A DNA stretch of 64,000 bases. Origin: Candidatus Sericytochromatia bacterium. GTDB taxonomy: Bacteria; Cyanobacteriota; Sericytochromatia; UBA7694. Location of the stretch: assembly GCA_963797915.1 (NCBI GenBank), contig CAWCRG010000017.1, positions 171,074 to 235,073 on the forward strand, written 5' to 3'. Positions 19,793-28,523 of the stretch are shown one piece after another; the stretch's first letter is position 1; each line of letters begins with the position of its first letter. Made by a program: the position numbers and the translations under genes. A model generated the notes under the pieces. The model was not told the origin of the DNA. It ran no database searches and saw only the letters and a list, made by a program, of their open reading frames with translations.

Positions 19793-20746
19793 TTACTCAT
19801 TGAGTCCCGGTGATGTGGAGGGCTCTAGCGTACCTGCTGGGGGGGCAATCGGCCCACGATCGGGAAGTCCTTTAAAGATGGGGAAGCCTTCGGGAACCCC
19901 TTCATTTTCGAGTTGAGCTTTAAAGCGCGCATTTTCATTTTGCTGTTGATAACGAATACCCTCGGCAGCGGCGGTTACGGCATTTTGAGCATTGGCCGAC
20001 ATTCGGTAAGAGAAATCTTCCATGACCGATAATAGCGTGGAAAAAATAACGGTAATCAGCAGTGCGCCTGTCGTCGGTTTCAGAGCGAAGTTAAGTTCTA
20101 AAATATTGATCTGTGGAGCAACACGGTTCATCATTCCCAGGCCAAAGTCTACAACAAAAATAACAATAATAATCGGTAGGGCGATCTGAACACCGAGGTC
20201 AAACAATTGTGAAGTAATTTTAATCAGCTCTGCTAGCGCCATATTAGACCCAAAAGAAAAGGTGCCAATGGGCATAATCTCAAAGGTTTTGAAGTAAGCC
20301 CTGAGCATGAACAAGTGAGCATAAGAAGAAATCAAAACAATCAGTGCCAACTGATACATGAGCTTACCAATAACCGTCGTACGCGCCTTGGTTTGCGGGT
20401 TAAATTGAGACACCATGCTTAAACCAATTTGTACGTCGATAATTTCTCCACCGGCCTGAATGGCCAATAAAATAATACTGGCGCTAAAGCCAAACAGTAC
20501 CCCCACTAAAAACTCTTGAATGAGCATAAGAATATAAGGCAGTAATGTGGCCGGGAGTTCCATGGGGAGATTGGGATTACCCAGAAGATAAAAGAAGGAT
20601 AGCGAAAGGGCAATGGCTACGCGCACCATGCCGGGGACGGTCTGAGTGCCTAAATAGGGAGCCTGAATCGTAAGGGCCATGGTGCGTGCCACCACGAGCA
20701 TAAAGATCGGCACATAATGGGCGAGCGTGAGTACAATATTATCCAC
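19793..20746 (-). CDS. fliR: flagellar export apparatus protein FliR with ~60-aa C-terminal extension
   Basis: A 6-TM protein in the FliR position after fliQ. The operon context is conserved. The extra hydrophilic tail reads ...AAAEGIRYQQQNENARFKAQLENEGVPEG.... Confidence 0.75.
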   Translation of the reverse strand: MDNIVLTLAHYVPIFMLVVARTMALTIQAPYLGTQTVPGMVRVAIALSLSFFYLLGNPNLPMELPATLLPYILMLIQEFLVGVLFGFSASIILLAIQAGGEIIDVQIGLSMVSQFNPQTKARTTVIGKLMYQLALIVLISSYAHLFMLRAYFKTFEIMPIGTFSFGSNMALAELIKITSQLFDLGVQIALPIIIVIFVVDFGLGMMNRVAPQINILELNFALKPTTGALLITVIFSTLLSVMEDFSYRMSANAQNAVTAAAEGIRYQQQNENARFKAQLENEGVPEGFPIFKGLPDRGPIAPPAGTLEPSTSPGLNE

Positions 20747-20749
20747 GGT

Positions 20750-21022
20750 TTATCGCCCGAGATAGGCAGGAAGATTGTTTAACAAATGCCGCATATATTG
20801 ATCTAAGGTACTTAAGTGCCAGGGGCTAACCAGCAGCAGCATGAGAAATACACAAATGGTTTTGGGTACAAAGCTGAGGGTTTGTTCCTGAATCTGCGTG
20901 ACCGCCTGTAAAATACTGACGGTCAAACCCACCAACATCGCTGTCAAAATCATGGGCAATGACATGAGTACAATCAGCGTAACGGCTTCTTGACCCAGGG
21001 TGAGAATAAGAGATTGTGACAT
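20750..21022 (-). CDS. fliQ: flagellar export apparatus protein FliQ
   Basis: An 89-90 aa 2-TM protein with the FliQ/SctS pattern (LTLGQEAVTLIVLMSLPMILTAMLVGLTVSILQAVTQIQEQTLSFVPK). Confidence 0.8.
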   Translation of the reverse strand: MSQSLILTLGQEAVTLIVLMSLPMILTAMLVGLTVSILQAVTQIQEQTLSFVPKTICVFLMLLLVSPWHLSTLDQYMRHLLNNLPAYLGR

Positions 21023-21031
21023 AGTAGGTTA

Positions 21032-21862
21032 CTAAATCCTAAAACTGGTGACGAGGGCTTGCAAAATCAAGAACCAGCCGTCAGCGAGGGTGAATACCAG
21101 AATTTTAAAGGGAAGCGAAATCGTAACCGGGGATAACATCATCATCCCCAATGCCAGGAGTGTATTGGCGACCACTAGATCAATAATTAAGAATGGTAGG
21201 AATAGCACAAAGCCCATTTTAAAGCCGGTGGTCAACTCAGACACCATAAAGGCAGGAACGACCACTTGAAGAGGGACATCTGATGGGCGTTGGGGCTGCT
21301 TCTGATTGGCGAGACGAATAAAGAACCCCAGCTCCTGCTGGCTGGTATGCTTGAGCATAAAGGTCTTCAGGGGGGTAATGGCCCGTTCAACGGCTATGGA
21401 TTGGGTGATGGTATTGTCTAAATAGGGCACAATGGCGTCATTATTGATTTTGTCCCATACCGGCGACATGGTGTAGAGTGTTAAAAAAATCGCGATGCCC
21501 ATGACCACCTGGTTGGGCGGGTTGGTTTGGGTTCCCATCGCGGTTCTTAAAAAGCTGATGACAATGACGGTGCGAATAAACGATGTCGTCATGATAAACA
21601 GAAAAGGCAAAATGGTCAGCATGGACATAAATACAATCAATTGCAGAGGTGAGCCCAGCTCAGAAAGCTTCATGGGCTGACGCAGGTCGATCGTATCTAA
21701 AAGCCCTGTGGACTGAATGGCTGGTACAGGCGTTGTGGGTAGGGGACCTGAGTTACCCACCGCGCTCTGTGCTAAAGCCGGCATGAAATCGCTCATACCC
21801 CAAATAAGTAGCCCCAGGGCTACAAAAAAGACGCTTATTTTAATCCATTTAAGATGCTTCAT
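21032..21862 (-). CDS. fliP: flagellar export apparatus protein FliP
   Basis: Signal peptide plus conserved FliP/SctR blocks (ILPFLFIMTTSFIRTVIVISFLRTAMG ... PAFMVSELTTGFKMGFVLFLPFLIIDLVVANTLLALGMMMLSP). Confidence 0.9.
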   Translation of the reverse strand: MKHLKWIKISVFFVALGLLIWGMSDFMPALAQSAVGNSGPLPTTPVPAIQSTGLLDTIDLRQPMKLSELGSPLQLIVFMSMLTILPFLFIMTTSFIRTVIVISFLRTAMGTQTNPPNQVVMGIAIFLTLYTMSPVWDKINNDAIVPYLDNTITQSIAVERAITPLKTFMLKHTSQQELGFFIRLANQKQPQRPSDVPLQVVVPAFMVSELTTGFKMGFVLFLPFLIIDLVVANTLLALGMMMLSPVTISLPFKILVFTLADGWFLILQALVTSFRI

Positions 21863-22250
21863 TTTTAGTCAAATAATCCGCAAACGCATTGGTTTGTTCT
21901 TGTGGTTGTTGGGACTCAGGTTGATGACCTGGAGCCTTTAATTGGGCGAGGGATTCAATTTGGGTTTCGGTGGTGCCGATTAGCCAGTATTGCTCTCCAA
22001 AAACTCTCACCAGATAAACGTTTTTTCGAGGCTCTAAACTTTTTTTTTCGAGAACCTCGATATGGTTGGTATTCTGGCGCTGAGTGGGTGTGGCAAATAA
22101 ATGACCAATACCCAGAGCCAGCTTACTATTGGTCGGTGTGCTGTCACGGGTTTTTAACTTCACCAGAACATAGGCCAGAATTCCCATCAAAATGACGAGA
22201 AAAATCATGTTTTTCATGTAGCCTAAGTAATCGAAGTGAAAGGGTTCCAT
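21849..22250 (-). CDS. fliO: flagellar protein FliO (single TM)
   Basis: It sits immediately upstream of and overlapping fliP. It has one N-terminal TM helix and a conserved-type segment VYLVRVFGEQYWLIGTTETQIESL. Confidence 0.5.
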   Translation of the reverse strand: MEPFHFDYLGYMKNMIFLVILMGILAYVLVKLKTRDSTPTNSKLALGIGHLFATPTQRQNTNHIEVLEKKSLEPRKNVYLVRVFGEQYWLIGTTETQIESLAQLKAPGHQPESQQPQEQTNAFADYLTKNEAS

Positions 22251-22258
22251 GTCAGAGC

Positions 22259-22702
22259 TTAGTAGCCACCGTCATCAAAGCCGGTATCCATCATCATATC
22301 GTCACCCATGCCCGCATTGACGTTCTGGCTGCCCTGAGGCTTGTGAACGCGAGTGATTTTGACACCGAAGTTATTTCCAATAACCACGACTTCGCCCTGG
22401 GCGATGAGACGTCCATTGACGAGTAGATCAACAGGTTCTCCGGCGAGACGATCCAGTTTAATCACCGATGCGTCTTCCAGTTGTAATACTTCTTTTAACG
22501 GTAAATTGGTGCGACCGAGTTCAACGGTAACGTCCATTTTTACGTCTTTGACCAGCTCCAGATTACCGAGAACACCGGTGACTGCTGATGTTGGTAAATC
22601 TCGCACAAGCGGTGCAAATTTTACAGGGCTAACCGTCATTTTACGGCTGGCTTTAGGGGTTTGTAAATCTCCCACGGGTGAATGCCTCCTCTTTTGGATC
22701 AC
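22259..22702 (-). CDS. fliN: flagellar motor switch protein FliN (SpoA domain) with acidic C-terminal tail
   Basis: SpoA/FliN core (VTVELGRTNLPLKEVLQLEDASVIKLDRLAGEPVDLLVNGRLIAQGEVVVIGNNFGVKITRV). The tail reads GMGDDMMMDTGFDDGGY. Confidence 0.8.
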   Translation of the reverse strand: MIQKRRHSPVGDLQTPKASRKMTVSPVKFAPLVRDLPTSAVTGVLGNLELVKDVKMDVTVELGRTNLPLKEVLQLEDASVIKLDRLAGEPVDLLVNGRLIAQGEVVVIGNNFGVKITRVHKPQGSQNVNAGMGDDMMMDTGFDDGGY

Positions 22703-22705
22703 GCT

Positions 22706-24679
22706 TTATATAATTGCTCCACTTCCATTGCCATTCTGGCGCTGAAAGTTGGTGTTGGATACTTGAACAGCCAGTGAGTCTTCTGACACAATAAGCTGTC
22801 CTTTTCCTTTACGCACCCCGTTAAACAGGATGTCGATTTCTTCGTCTGCAGGTTTGTCCAGCAAGACAAGGGTTCCTACTTTAAGGTTAAGCCACTCCGT
22901 AATATCCAGAGTCGCCTGGCCTAGCTCTGCGGAAACCTCCACAGGAACATTACCCAGCTCACCAAAGGACTCATCAAGGGCGGTGGCCAACTGCTTGCGA
23001 TCCACAAAGCTGCTTTGACGGCCGCCTTTGGGTTGCGTAATCAGTTCGCGGGTATCGATACCAAAGACACTTTCGAAATCCCGACCAAATTCTTCAATAA
23101 TTTCAGACGTCAGGTTATCGTCTTCCATCGCCAGTTCATCCATCAGACGATCATTGGCCAGTTCGGTTTCCAACTCATCATCAGGAATAATCATTCCCAT
23201 GCCACCAAAGTTAACAATGGAAGGATTGGGAAGATTTCCGCCAACAAGCTGATCCGCAGGTATGAAGCGGCCGGTAGGTTTAATGACGTACTGGTCTAAA
23301 ATAACCGACTCACTCATGGACATGCCCTGAGGAGAAAGCTTGGCTACCATGATGAGTACGAGGGGAACCATGATACCGGCAACGGTTAATCCATTACTAA
23401 AAGCCATATCTGGAACATTTGAGAGTCCCAGGCTTTGCAATAGTGGACGCACGTTGTCGTTTGTGAGCAGACCGCTGAAGAGTATATTCAGTGGCAGAAT
23501 CACCGCAGCACCGAGCAAGAAGCCGACCGAGGAGCCATAAAAGAGTCCGACGAAAGCACGGTAAATAAGATCTACAGGCTTCATAATCGGTGCTTTGTTT
23601 TGCACATTGGTGGTGACTTCACCGGTTTCAATGTTGAAGATTTCTTGCTTGGTTTCGGAGAATGGCGTGTCAAATTGTCTCAGTAAGCCAAAGAGCGCAC
23701 CGGCAATACCGACAATAAAAGCATATCCCAGGGCAGCACATAAAGCTCCGCCTAAGAAGGCACTATTGATAATGGGATCGTCGTTACTTAGCGGAGACTC
23801 ACTATTGTTTTCTGTGGGTGCAGAAGGGATAGCGTCGGCAGGAAGTGTGTTGACAATGTCTGCTGCGGCCGCGCCGGCCACAGGCTCTTTAACATACTCA
23901 CTCAGATTGTTGCCCTCTTGAGCACCGGCAGCAGCGACTGAGCCACCAATGGTGTTCTGGGCGTTTTCTCTATTAATTTGTGCCTGCTTAAATGAGGAAA
24001 ATACCGTTTCTTCCTGGTTTTCTTCGAATAAACGGGAGACTTTGTCAGAGCTCAAGGGCTTACCCGATAAGGTAAACGGATTGCCCGTCGCCATACCTGA
24101 AATGTTCCAGAATGTAATACCCAATAAAACCACTGAAATGGTGAGCAGTTCAGGCACAAAGCGGAAGAAACGACGAACGTTTAAACCGACCGTGAACTGG
24201 TCATAGTTGCTGGTGATAAAAACAAGATGATAGACAGAGAGTGCGAGTCCTACCACCAACCCCAGTGTGAATAACCACATAACAGAGCTTAGGCCTGCAC
24301 GTAAACCAAATAAAACAAGAAGAGATAGAGAAACTAAACCCGCTAAGATAATGCCCCCATATCCAACGAAATTCCGGTGGATACCACTTCTTAAAAAGAG
24401 TTTGCTTTGTTCGGGGGGAGGCTCAGGAGCGGCAAGCACCTCTTCCTCTTCAGTCTCATTTTCTGGGTGTCCACCCAAAAGAGAGGCTGCAAAGGCTTCG
24501 GCTGCATTTTCTTCGGCCTCGCGCTCAGCTTTTGCAGCTTCAAGCACGTCAGAGCCGAAGAGATCATCCTCTTCCTCGTCGTATTCATCATCGTATTCGT
24601 ATTCGTAATCGTCGTCGTTTGTGGCCATTTGCATGGGCCGACGCAACAAGTCGTCCAAAGACGAATCATGCTGGTACAT
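22706..24679 (-). CDS. novel polytopic membrane protein with acidic N-terminus and C-terminal FliN/SpoA domain, encoded between fliM-like and fliN
   Basis: The N-terminal 90 aa are D/E/Y-rich. About 7 TM helices span aa 105-540. A cytoplasmic acidic linker follows. The C-terminus is a SpoA domain (VPVEVSAELGQATLDITEWLNLKVGTLVLLDKPADEEIDILFNGVRKGKGQLIVSEDSLAVQV). A 4-nt overlap with the fliN start indicates translational coupling. Confidence 0.5.
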   Translation of the reverse strand: MYQHDSSLDDLLRRPMQMATNDDDYEYEYDDEYDEEEDDLFGSDVLEAAKAEREAEENAAEAFAASLLGGHPENETEEEEVLAAPEPPPEQSKLFLRSGIHRNFVGYGGIILAGLVSLSLLVLFGLRAGLSSVMWLFTLGLVVGLALSVYHLVFITSNYDQFTVGLNVRRFFRFVPELLTISVVLLGITFWNISGMATGNPFTLSGKPLSSDKVSRLFEENQEETVFSSFKQAQINRENAQNTIGGSVAAAGAQEGNNLSEYVKEPVAGAAAADIVNTLPADAIPSAPTENNSESPLSNDDPIINSAFLGGALCAALGYAFIVGIAGALFGLLRQFDTPFSETKQEIFNIETGEVTTNVQNKAPIMKPVDLIYRAFVGLFYGSSVGFLLGAAVILPLNILFSGLLTNDNVRPLLQSLGLSNVPDMAFSNGLTVAGIMVPLVLIMVAKLSPQGMSMSESVILDQYVIKPTGRFIPADQLVGGNLPNPSIVNFGGMGMIIPDDELETELANDRLMDELAMEDDNLTSEIIEEFGRDFESVFGIDTRELITQPKGGRQSSFVDRKQLATALDESFGELGNVPVEVSAELGQATLDITEWLNLKVGTLVLLDKPADEEIDILFNGVRKGKGQLIVSEDSLAVQVSNTNFQRQNGNGSGAII

Positions 24680-24706
24680 AGGTCAGCAACTCTTTTCTCT
24701 CTTGTT

Positions 24707-25606
24707 TTATGATTCTATTATCTGTACGGCAAGATAACGGCCGTCCGGGGTGGTTCCTGGAGAGCCCTTCATTTGGGTTTCCTTGCCGACTTTTACATTG
24801 AGTGGGGCATCAATGGTTTGTTCCAAAATAATGAAGTCGTTGAACTCCATATTCTGAATGTCCGAAAAACTCATTCGGGTCTTACCAAGTTCTACAATCA
24901 CAGGTGTGGTGATATCGTCCACCATGCCAATACGAGACTGGACCTGTTCAAAGTCGCCCTCTTCTACCATGGTTTCATTCACAGATTGCAAAACATGGTA
25001 GAGCGGTGCCAGGTAGGGCTGCGGGAAGATCAGGGACGCTTTTTGAACTTCGCGAGCAATCATGCTCACCTGGAAGGTAATGGTAATGCAGGGCGTTTCT
25101 GTATTCAGACCCATTAATAAATTGCGGAACTCATCAATGGTAGGAGTGTTAGGAAACGTTGCCAATTGTAAGCTGAGGGGGTGGTATTCTCCCCAAATGG
25201 TAGAGAACGCCTCAGAAAATTGCTGAATGCGATTGTCAATTTGCCCCAACTCGAACTCGGTTATTTCGTCTTCTGACTCCGGGGCAAGATCTGCACCGGC
25301 CTGACGTACCATAGAAATAACGGATTCTTTTTCGATCACGAGAGCGACGCCGCCCACCAATGATTCTCCGAATCCCAACAGAGACCAGACAGAGTCTCGG
25401 GGATACTTTCTCAAAATTTTCTGGAACGGATTTTGCTCAACACTAATCACTTGCCATGTTGCTGCAGACGTTGGTTCAGCGGATAATATCTCCGTTAACG
25501 TTTGTGCAACACGATCGTGAATATAATAAAGGGCTTTAAGATCCTCTGAAGTCAGAGGACGCGCGCTGGAAAACCGTAACGATTGCAGCGGATTATCCTT
25601 AGCCAA
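24707..25606 (-). CDS. fliM: flagellar motor switch protein FliM-like (TTG start)
   Basis: An N-terminal LTSEDLKAL peptide resembles the FliM CheY-P-binding motif. A middle domain follows, then a C-terminal SpoA domain (PVIVELGKTRMSFSDIQNMEFNDFIILEQTIDAPLNVKVG). A GAGGT RBS lies 7 nt before the TTG. Confidence 0.65.
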   Translation of the reverse strand: MAKDNPLQSLRFSSARPLTSEDLKALYYIHDRVAQTLTEILSAEPTSAATWQVISVEQNPFQKILRKYPRDSVWSLLGFGESLVGGVALVIEKESVISMVRQAGADLAPESEDEITEFELGQIDNRIQQFSEAFSTIWGEYHPLSLQLATFPNTPTIDEFRNLLMGLNTETPCITITFQVSMIAREVQKASLIFPQPYLAPLYHVLQSVNETMVEEGDFEQVQSRIGMVDDITTPVIVELGKTRMSFSDIQNMEFNDFIILEQTIDAPLNVKVGKETQMKGSPGTTPDGRYLAVQIIES

Positions 25607-25826
25607 ATGAAATTACCTCGCCATCAACAGGTGCTTGGGTTTTTTAAAAAAACCTGCTGTTCTACAATTTAACATCAAATCGTGAGTTTAACAAACTTTT
25701 GATAAGTCGGTCTCGTTTATCATACGTTAAACCCGTGTTTTTTCTACGTAAATGAATCACATGTGAACGCAACACAACGAATTTGACTTATAATTCTAAC
25801 AATCTTGATGGCTCAGTGGAGGCTCC

Positions 25827-27272
25827 GTGTTACATTTCTTTAAGAAAAACCCCTCAATGACTTCCCTGTGCGCTCTACTTTGCTCGTTTTCGCTTTTTTT
25901 TGCGTTTCCTGCTCAGGCTTTTAACGCCAGTACAGCGCAACAGATTCTCAATCAGGCGGGTTTATCTTCTCAAAACACAGCAGTACGTATGGTTTCAATG
26001 AAAACAGGGCAGGTGTTGTTTGAGCAGAATGCAGATAAGGCATTGATGCCTGCTTCAAATATGAAAGTGATTACCTCAGCGGCGGCACTGCACCTACTGA
26101 AGCCCGAGTTTCGCTTTAAAACCACCTTGTACAGCAATGCGAGTGTGCGAAGCGGCGTTTTGCGGGGAGATCTTTATCTTAAAGGCTACGGGGATCCTGT
26201 GCTTAACGATGATCGCCTCGGAGAGCTGGTCCAGGAGCTTCGCTTTGCGGGGGTAGAAAGCATCGCCGGTAATTTATACGTAGATGATTCCTTTTTTGAT
26301 GCTGAAACCCGTGGGAAAGGCTGGAAAGAAACCTACGGCGCAGCCGCTTATAGCGCGCGTATTTCAGCGCTTTCGCTCAATTTAAACACCGTTGAAGTCC
26401 AGGTGAAACCCGGTCAAATGGGGCAGGCCGCGAATGTGCGCTTAAAGCCAGACAATACGTTTTTTGATGTGGTCAATAAAACCCGTACGGGCAGTGGGCA
26501 AACCCGCCTTAAAATTTCTCGACAGTGGGTTAATAATCGCAATCAAATTGTTGTCTCTGGTCAGGTCAACGTTCGGGGGCGCACCGAAAGTGAGCGCATT
26601 AACTTAGATAAACCCGGTTTGTACGTGGGCAACGTCGCGCAGTCCATGCTCAAGCAAGAGGGTATTCAGTTTCAGGGTAAATTGCTCAAAGGCAACACCC
26701 CTGCAGGCGCCCGTATTCTCGCCTCTACGCTGTCTCCCCCCCTGAAAGATATTGTGACCCAGCTAAACAAAGACAGCGTCAATCTCATTGCTGAAAATTT
26801 GCTGAAGTTTATGGGCGCGAACTTTATGGGCGCTCCGGGAACGGCACAAAAAGGGGCGCAGGTCGTTAAAGAACGTTTTCTGATCAGTCAGGTGGGTATT
26901 GACCCCAATACGCCGATGGTTATTGCCGATGGCTCTGGCCTCTCGCCACTCAACCGTCTGACGGCGACGACGCTGAGCCGTGTGCTGGAGTATATGTTCC
27001 AGCAATTTGACGTGAGTGTGGACTTTATGGGTTCATTGGCCATCTCTGGGGTGGACGGAACCCTTCGGAAACGCATGAATACGCCCTTGCTTAAGCGGCG
27101 AGTACGCGCCAAAACCGGTTTTATTAACGGGGTCTCCGCACTGTCGGGTTATGTGTATACGCAAAAAAATGAAGTGATCATCTTTTCCTTTTTGATGAAT
27201 CACTTCACAAGTTATGGAGCCGCTATTCAGGCCCAGCAGCGTTTGTGTGAGTTGCTAGCCACAACCCCCTAG
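25827..27272 (+). CDS. dacB: D-alanyl-D-alanine carboxypeptidase/endopeptidase PBP4 (peptidase S13)
   Basis: A signal peptide, an SxxK active-site motif (PASNMKVIT) and DacB-like length and architecture. The likely start is the Met at 25857. Confidence 0.8.
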   Translation: MLHFFKKNPSMTSLCALLCSFSLFFAFPAQAFNASTAQQILNQAGLSSQNTAVRMVSMKTGQVLFEQNADKALMPASNMKVITSAAALHLLKPEFRFKTTLYSNASVRSGVLRGDLYLKGYGDPVLNDDRLGELVQELRFAGVESIAGNLYVDDSFFDAETRGKGWKETYGAAAYSARISALSLNLNTVEVQVKPGQMGQAANVRLKPDNTFFDVVNKTRTGSGQTRLKISRQWVNNRNQIVVSGQVNVRGRTESERINLDKPGLYVGNVAQSMLKQEGIQFQGKLLKGNTPAGARILASTLSPPLKDIVTQLNKDSVNLIAENLLKFMGANFMGAPGTAQKGAQVVKERFLISQVGIDPNTPMVIADGSGLSPLNRLTATTLSRVLEYMFQQFDVSVDFMGSLAISGVDGTLRKRMNTPLLKRRVRAKTGFINGVSALSGYVYTQKNEVIIFSFLMNHFTSYGAAIQAQQRLCELLATTP

Positions 27273-27284
27273 AGCAGCCTCCGG

Positions 27285-28487
27285 TTATTTTGCTTCAATA
27301 TTGGCACCCTGGTCAATCCACAGCCCCAGCGTGGCCCGCTCGGCGTCAGTCATGCCTGTTTTGTTTCCCAGGGGCATGGTTTTGGCGTCCACTGCACGGG
27401 CTTTGATCTTGTCAGCATAGCCCTTAATGCGTTCGGGAGTGTCGAACATGGCACCGAGGGGCGCCACCTTAAACACTTCATCGGTGGGCTGTTGGGCGTG
27501 ACAGCTGATGCAGCGGTTTTGCATAATGGTTTGTACTTCGGCAAAAGAGACGACGTTGGCCTGTGCCACACCCGAAGTGTTCGCTGCCTGCGTATTTTGT
27601 GGGGGAGCGGTATAAAAGAACAGGCCAAAAGCACCCGCGATAGCAGCGCTCAGGGTAAAGCGGCTAAAGGCCGTTTTGACGTTCATAAAATGACGAATGC
27701 CTGCACCCACCAGAATCATTCCCGCCAATACAGCCCAGTTGTAGGTGTTGCCATAGGTGCTGGGAAAGTGGTTGCTAATCATCATAAACAGGACGGGTAA
27801 GGTCATGTAATTATTGTGTACCGATCGTTGCTTGGCTTGCTCTCCTTTGGAATAGTCGGGGACTTCCCCTTTGAGGGTGGCATCAATCATTTGCTGTTGT
27901 GCTGGCAAAATGCGAATCCAGACATTGGTGACCATGAGTGTGCCAAACATGGCGCCAATGTGAATAAACAGCGCCCGGCCGCTGAGCACATAGCTGAGTC
28001 CATAGGCTGCTCCCATCGTCAGTAGAAACGATACCGCACCGCCTACTTTCGCCTGGTGTTTAAACACGGTGTTCCACAATAGATCATAAATGATCCAGGC
28101 CACGGGCAATAACAGCAATCCAATGGCCATAATGGCCCCTTTGGGTAAAGTGGAGTCAGGATTGATGAGATATAGCGCACCGCCCATATAGTAAACAACA
28201 CCCAGTAAAAAGAACCCCGTGATCCAGGTGAAGGTAGCCTCCCACTTAAACCAGTGGAGATTATCGGGAACCCAGCCGGGCTTGATACGGTATTTCTCTA
28301 CCTGATAAAAGCCGCCACTGTGAACCATCCACAGTTCGCCGCTGACGTCTTTTTTCTCAGGAGGTGGGGCTTCCAGATGGCTATCTAGCCACATAAAAAA
28401 GAAGGAGCTACCAATCCAGGAAATGCCTGCAATCAAATGCATCCAGCGGATGACTAAGTTTAACCATTCATTCATGTGTCCAGACAT
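27285..28487 (-). CDS. PuuD-like membrane protein (urate hydroxylase family) with C-terminal cytochrome c domain
   Basis: The N-terminus (EWLNLVIRWMHLIAGISWIGSSFFFMWLD) is typical of the family. The C-terminus has a CISCH heme-binding motif (CxxCH). Confidence 0.55.
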   Translation of the reverse strand: MSGHMNEWLNLVIRWMHLIAGISWIGSSFFFMWLDSHLEAPPPEKKDVSGELWMVHSGGFYQVEKYRIKPGWVPDNLHWFKWEATFTWITGFFLLGVVYYMGGALYLINPDSTLPKGAIMAIGLLLLPVAWIIYDLLWNTVFKHQAKVGGAVSFLLTMGAAYGLSYVLSGRALFIHIGAMFGTLMVTNVWIRILPAQQQMIDATLKGEVPDYSKGEQAKQRSVHNNYMTLPVLFMMISNHFPSTYGNTYNWAVLAGMILVGAGIRHFMNVKTAFSRFTLSAAIAGAFGLFFYTAPPQNTQAANTSGVAQANVVSFAEVQTIMQNRCISCHAQQPTDEVFKVAPLGAMFDTPERIKGYADKIKARAVDAKTMPLGNKTGMTDAERATLGLWIDQGANIEAK

Positions 28488-28523
28488 GGGTTTCTCCTGT
28501 AGGTTCAGTTTGGATTGACTCTT

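Noticed and set aside
24267-24669. ORFs 24267-24608 (+) and 24391-24669 (-) rich in Ser/Lys or Thr
   Set aside because: They are generated by the low-complexity GAA/GAT/TAT repeat DNA encoding the acidic N-terminus of the membrane SpoA protein. They are not independent genes.
25607-25625. Sigma54-like element TGGCGAGGTAATTTCA (GG-N10-TTtC) upstream of the fliM-like gene
   Set aside because: It ends 4 nt before the TTG start codon and overlaps the GAGGT RBS. That leaves no space for a transcript start or 5' UTR. There are also 3 mismatches to TGGCACG-N4-TTGC.
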